Virus record (IMG/VR): IMGVR_UViG_3300018080_000167
Coordinates: 1 to 64,000 of that record
Length of the DNA stretch: 64,000 nt
Strand: one strand, 5' to 3'
Source of the DNA: a virus
Position 1 is the first letter of the stretch. Every line of letters starts with the position of its first letter. Under the pieces are notes generated by a model. The model did no database searches. It was not told the DNA's origin and saw nothing but the letters and a program-made list of their open reading frames with translations. A program made the position numbers and the translations under genes. Shown one piece after another: positions 59,667 through 64,000 of the stretch.

Positions 59667-59840
59667 ATGTCTGATTTAGAACATTATGAAAAATTAAACG
59701 CAAAAGGTTTAACGCCAAAGGTGCGTGCAATCAATCCTAAGGCGGTTTCTGCTAGCGGACTTGGTGAATTTAGGCGCGATATTTCTGATGAAGAAATAAA
59801 TCGTATTATTGAGGAAAATAGAATTGGACGCCTTGATTAA
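59667..59840 (+). CDS. small hypothetical protein (57 aa, not in ORF track)
   Basis: AGGAG RBS; stop overlaps start of next gene. Confidence 0.55.
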   Translation: MSDLEHYEKLNAKGLTPKVRAINPKAVSASGLGEFRRDISDEEINRIIEENRIGRLD

Positions 59841-60475
59841 TGCAAAAATACAATAAAGCAAAAATAGAAAAATTGGCAGATAGTGGCGAGTTAAAATATG
59901 AAGATGTAAGTGACATAGTAGAGTATTTAATTAATGCCAAGTCAAATAAAATTTATCAGACTATAGGGATATATGATAGAGATGATATAGCGCAAGAATT
60001 ACGCATTAAATGTTTGAAAGTATTAAAGCGTTATTCATCTGACAAGGGAGACATTGAGAATTTTCTTGGCGTTTGTATTGACAATGCTCTTATTGATCTT
60101 GTTAGAAAACACACACTCAGGAAAAGCAACGTGTGTTTTTATTGTTTGTGTTATTCTAAAGGGGAATGCAAATATTATGACAACATAAAAGATTGTAAAA
60201 AATATAGTGATTTTCTTGCAAAGAAAAAGGAAAAGGAATCAATATCCTTGTTGCGTGGCAATTCGTCATTTGAATGGCGTAAGATAATAGATCAAGAAGA
60301 TTCTTTTTCGCACGACTACGATATAGACGAACAAATTAAGATTGTACGCGATAATTTGAACGAGAGAAGCAAAAAGCTTTTTGATCTTATTATTGCAGGA
60401 AAAAGTATAAAGGAAGAAGAAAAGGTTATCTTATTTCAGGAGGTTAGGTATGTTGTTCGGAGATATGTGTGTTAA
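59840..60475 (+). CDS. sigma-70-like factor with Cys cluster
   Basis: Region-2-like DRDDIAQELRIKC...NFL...IDNALIDLVRK; CFYC..C...C. Confidence 0.7.
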   Translation: MQKYNKAKIEKLADSGELKYEDVSDIVEYLINAKSNKIYQTIGIYDRDDIAQELRIKCLKVLKRYSSDKGDIENFLGVCIDNALIDLVRKHTLRKSNVCFYCLCYSKGECKYYDNIKDCKKYSDFLAKKKEKESISLLRGNSSFEWRKIIDQEDSFSHDYDIDEQIKIVRDNLNERSKKLFDLIIAGKSIKEEEKVILFQEVRYVVRRYVC

Positions 60476-60934
60476 TACATTTATTTGTTTGTCATGCGGT
60501 GAATCAATCGATGCTAACAATGTTGTTTACGAAAAGGTTGGTGATATCAAGGTACCTAAGGCTATCAAAGATAATGGAAAACTTTTCAAGATGATAGTTT
60601 GTCCGCATTGTATGTCTCCATACTTGGGATTTGTTCCATCAAAGTCGCATGACTCAATTCCTTTGTCATCAACGCCATCTATATCTACTGTTGATAACAA
60701 TAATGGTGAGCAAAAGAAAGATGATTTCGCTAATTTTGCATATGGAAAAGATGGGAAAAAGAAAAGTGGGAAAACAAAAAATAAAGAGCAAAATAATGCT
60801 AAACCAGCACTAAGGAAAACTACAGAGTCTGTAAAGTGTATAGCTTGTGGGAAAGATATTGAAGTCGCAAGTGGGCACGGCGGTACTTTCGGGACTAAAT
60901 GTGACGAATGTTTGAAAAAACTGCTTGGTGGAAA

Positions 60935-61804
60935 ATGAAAAAAGATATTGAATATAAAATAAAAAGATACCTTTATGAGAATTATCAAGATAAGACAGAC
61001 TCTCAGATGGCAGAAGAACTTGAGGTTGCAAGAAGCACTGTTGTAAGGTGGCGCAACACATTAGGTTTACAAAAAAGAAAAAAACAAAAGGGTGAAGAAA
61101 CAGATATTTTAGAAAAATTTGAGGAAACATCTTCTGTAGACGTAAAGTCAATGACACAAAAACAGAAGAGAGAATATTTTTTAAAAAAATTGCGGAATAA
61201 TCCTAGATACCAAATTACTAAGGGGCTTCTTACAGCAGAAGAGTTGAATTTTTATGAAGCTAAATACATAGAATATTCTACAAGTCCAGAAATAGAAACA
61301 TTAACAGCGTATGAAGAAGACGATCTACATGAACTTACAATGACGCAAATCTCTAAAATGCGTATACAAAGAATGGAATATGATGAGGTTGCTAATGGTG
61401 ATCCTGTTCCAGATGTATCTCGCAATACTAAGGATAAAGATGAGACTATATTAAAACTTAAAAAAAGTCTTGATCTTGAAAGATCTCAAAGACTAAGACG
61501 ACAAGAAGATAGCGCTACAAATTTTATTAATCTTGTTAAAGAATTTAATAATGCAAAAATAAGAAATGTTGTTGGTAGAGAAGCTAATGCATTTAACGCA
61601 TATGGAGATGAGTGCTTAAATAAAATGATAGAAGATGGCAATGCTTATGGTATTGAAGAAATAGATGTATCTAAATATTATGATGGAGGAAAGAATGGAG
61701 GAAGAAAAAAAGAAGAAGAATATAAAGAAAAAAAGGAAAAAGCAGAAAAGAAAAACTCCGAGGAAATTGAAAAAGATATGGGGGAAAAAGAGGCGCAAGA
61801 ATAG
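60935..61804 (+). CDS. HTH protein, candidate terminase small subunit
   Basis: TDSQMAEELEVARSTVVRWRNTLGL; two genes upstream of TerL. Confidence 0.5.
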   Translation: MKKDIEYKIKRYLYENYQDKTDSQMAEELEVARSTVVRWRNTLGLQKRKKQKGEETDILEKFEETSSVDVKSMTQKQKREYFLKKLRNNPRYQITKGLLTAEELNFYEAKYIEYSTSPEIETLTAYEEDDLHELTMTQISKMRIQRMEYDEVANGDPVPDVSRNTKDKDETILKLKKSLDLERSQRLRRQEDSATNFINLVKEFNNAKIRNVVGREANAFNAYGDECLNKMIEDGNAYGIEEIDVSKYYDGGKNGGRKKEEEYKEKKEKAEKKNSEEIEKDMGEKEAQE

Positions 61805-62315
61805 TCAGATTGATAACATTAAAAAATCTAAGAAAAAAATAAAGATTATTTTACCTACAATTATTGTTGACACTAGGGAAAAATCGCCACATAAATATAA
61901 AAAAACAAAAGATAATAATGGTTACAAAATACAAAAGCTAGATGTTGGTGATTATTCACTCGAAGGATTTGAAGATTATGTTATTGTTGAGCGGAAGAAT
62001 GGAATAGACGAGCTTGTCAATTGCTTTGGCAATGAGCGTGGAAGATTTATGAGAGAACTTGACAATCTTGCGGATGTCCCATATAGGTATATTGTTGTGG
62101 AAGAAAGCCTTGGGAGAGTGTTTGGAAAACGTAGATTTTCTAGAATGGCTCCAAAATGTTTTTTATCTAACGTTTTCTCTGTTATTGTTAAACGTGAAAT
62201 TCCTGTTTTCTTTTGTAAGGATAGGTCTGAGGCTCATGCACATATTTATTGGCTGCTATATAAGGCATATAGTGTCTATATGGCAGAACAAGCAGAGATT
62301 AACAAAGATGTATAA
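61695..62315 (+). CDS. ERCC4-domain nuclease
   Basis: IIVDTREK, LDVGDYS, VERK. Confidence 0.85.
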   Translation: MEEEKKKKNIKKKRKKQKRKTPRKLKKIWGKKRRKNSQIDNIKKSKKKIKIILPTIIVDTREKSPHKYKKTKDNNGYKIQKLDVGDYSLEGFEDYVIVERKNGIDELVNCFGNERGRFMRELDNLADVPYRYIVVEESLGRVFGKRRFSRMAPKCFLSNVFSVIVKREIPVFFCKDRSEAHAHIYWLLYKAYSVYMAEQAEINKDV

Positions 62316-62356
62316 CGTTAGAGTATATTGTAAAAACAAGGCTTTAGGAGAATAAT

Positions 62357-64000
62357 ATGCCAATTATCACTCCAGATTTGTACTGGGCTCCTTCTTTAGA
62401 TATAATGGATTTTGCAGATCCCCTTAAAGCTGGTGTGTCGATACAAAGTGACGACCCTATGGCAGAGATTGTTGCAATGTCTTTTCATAGCATTGGATGG
62501 TTTTCAAAATATATACTTGGCACAGAGCTTTGTGATTATCAAATTTGTTTTCAGAAGCTTATGTGGAGTAAAAAATATCCTTTGCTTATAGCCTCTCGTG
62601 GTGCGGCAAAAACATTTTCATTGGCATTATATTCTATTTCTAGAGGGCTTTTGTTACAGGGCAGTAAAATTATAATTGTTTCTGCATCTTTTAGACAGGC
62701 TAAGCGTGTTTTTGAGGAAATAGAGGCAATTTATAGGCGGGCTCCATTGCTGAGAGCTGCTGCAGGTTCAGCACCAAAAAGATCTGTTGATCATTGTTTG
62801 TTTAGGATAGGCGACAGTGTTATTAAGGCACTCCCCCTTGGTGATGGTAGCAAGATTCGTGGTGAGCGTGCTTCTACTGTTCTAGTCGATGAGGTAGATT
62901 CTGTTGATCAAGAAGTTTTTAATGTTGTTGTTAGGGGTTTTGGAGCTACACAATTAGATCCAATATCTAAGCTTAAAGAATCATATAGAAACATTAATAG
63001 TTCAAAGCAGCCTAATGTTGGGAACCAAATTATTATTAGTGGAACTGCCGGATTTCAAGATGGTAATTTTCATCAGATGTATAGACAATATTTAAAAATT
63101 ATAAATTGTCAGGCTCAAGATTATGGATATAATCTTGCAGATGAGTTGGGTGAGAATTATGGCGATACATTTATTGATTATCGTAACTATGGACTTATGA
63201 TATTGCCATGGCAAAAAATACCAGAGGGTATTCTTGATCGCGACTTGATTTCTAATGCTAAAATTACAATGTCTTCGATGTTATTTAATATGGAATATAA
63301 TTGTATATTTGCAGATGTTTCTCGTGGATTTTTCTCTCATAAAGCCATAGATGGTGCTACAGCGAAGGGAATGGATGGCTTTACAGTTCAAGTAAAAGGC
63401 AAAGAAGATAGAGAATATGTTATGGGTGTTGACCCAGCTAGGACTGGAGATGCATTTGCCATTGTCGTCTTGGAAATTGGTAAGCCTCACAAGGTTGTTT
63501 ATATAAAAACACTTTTGGATACTAAATTTTCTGAAAGTGTAAAGGTTATAAGGCGTATATTAGCAAAATTTAATGTGATTAGAATAGCTATGGATGCTGG
63601 TGGCGGTGGACTTACAGTCGAGGAAATGCTTGAGAATCCAGAATATTTTGTAAATGATCAAAAGCCAATCTTTGATATTGAAACAGAAAAGAAAACAAGG
63701 GATGGTGAATATATATTAAATGTTGTTAATTTTACGTCAAAGTGGATTGAGGAAGCTAATTTCTTGCTACAAAAGAATATAGAAGACTGCAGCATAATGT
63801 TTCCAAGTCGTGTGGTAAAAAGTGAAGCATATAAAGATGATAAAACTTCTGAGTTGATAGATGATACATATGAAGAAGTGAATGAGTGCAAAAGGGAAAT
63901 GTATCAGATATCTGTAACGCAAACTAAAAATGGCAATAGACATTTTGATATAGACCCAACACTTGAGGCAAAAAAGAAAAAGGTGAAGCCAAGAAAAGAT
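62357..64000 (+). CDS. terL: terminase large subunit (3' end beyond window; absent from ORF track)
   Basis: Manual translation: IASRGAAKT Walker A, KIRGERA..VLVDE Walker B, ISGTA, MEYNCIF, MGVDPARTGD nuclease motif, MDAGGGG. Confidence 0.92.
   Translation, partial: MPIITPDLYWAPSLDIMDFADPLKAGVSIQSDDPMAEIVAMSFHSIGWFSKYILGTELCDYQICFQKLMWSKKYPLLIASRGAAKTFSLALYSISRGLLLQGSKIIIVSASFRQAKRVFEEIEAIYRRAPLLRAAAGSAPKRSVDHCLFRIGDSVIKALPLGDGSKIRGERASTVLVDEVDSVDQEVFNVVVRGFGATQLDPISKLKESYRNINSSKQPNVGNQIIISGTAGFQDGNFHQMYRQYLKIINCQAQDYGYNLADELGENYGDTFIDYRNYGLMILPWQKIPEGILDRDLISNAKITMSSMLFNMEYNCIFADVSRGFFSHKAIDGATAKGMDGFTVQVKGKEDREYVMGVDPARTGDAFAIVVLEIGKPHKVVYIKTLLDTKFSESVKVIRRILAKFNVIRIAMDAGGGGLTVEEMLENPEYFVNDQKPIFDIETEKKTRDGEYILNVVNFTSKWIEEANFLLQKNIEDCSIMFPSRVVKSEAYKDDKTSELIDDTYEEVNECKREMYQISVTQTKNGNRHFDIDPTLEAKKKKVKPRKD

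Noticed and set aside
1-64000. Stop-codon reassignment
   Set aside because: Conserved genes are intact under code 11, and TGA and TAG both end genes at natural ATGA-type junctions; the TGA at 56175 is an isolated case
1-64000. Prophage, retron or diversity-generating retroelement
   Set aside because: No integrase, att-flanked host genes or reverse transcriptase motifs found in the window

Overview
This is an AT-rich, gene-dense 64 kb segment of a large tailed dsDNA phage genome using the standard genetic code, with strong AGGAG ribosome-binding sites and no integrase, rRNA or host core genes. The left arm (1-36.5 kb, minus strand) carries a glycan-tailoring cluster (glycosyl-, sulfo- and methyltransferases, epimerase), family-4 UDG, an SMC-like ATPase, a MazG-like protein, intein-containing RecQ, ThyX, signal peptidase, a Panacea-like protein, UDP-sugar dehydrogenase, dCMP deaminase, a YhaM-like nuclease, DUF932, tRNA-Arg(UCU), tRNA-Ile(UAU) and a sigma-like factor. 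The centre (about 32.3-44.9 kb) is a divergent early/host-takeover region of small acidic genes, including an Ocr-like DNA mimic, arranged as promoter-gene-terminator cassettes. It is interleaved with long non-coding tracts holding a 7-copy iteron-like array, a candidate ~500-nt structured RNA, a candidate sRNA, two sigma54-type sites and G-rich blocks. The right arm (plus strand) encodes RNase HI, two DNA methyltransferases, a T-arm-less tRNA-Glu-like element overlapping a terminator, a GGQ release-factor-like gene coupled to RtcB, a PNKP-type phosphatase, Gmd, an HNH-AP2 nuclease, class II RNR with an in-frame degenerate LAGLIDADG insert, a second sigma-like factor, an ERCC4 nuclease and a truncated terminase large subunit. 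Two recurrent non-canonical upstream motifs (13 and 8 copies) suggest a multi-tier phage transcription programme. All family assignments come from motif recognition by eye; no database searches were run.
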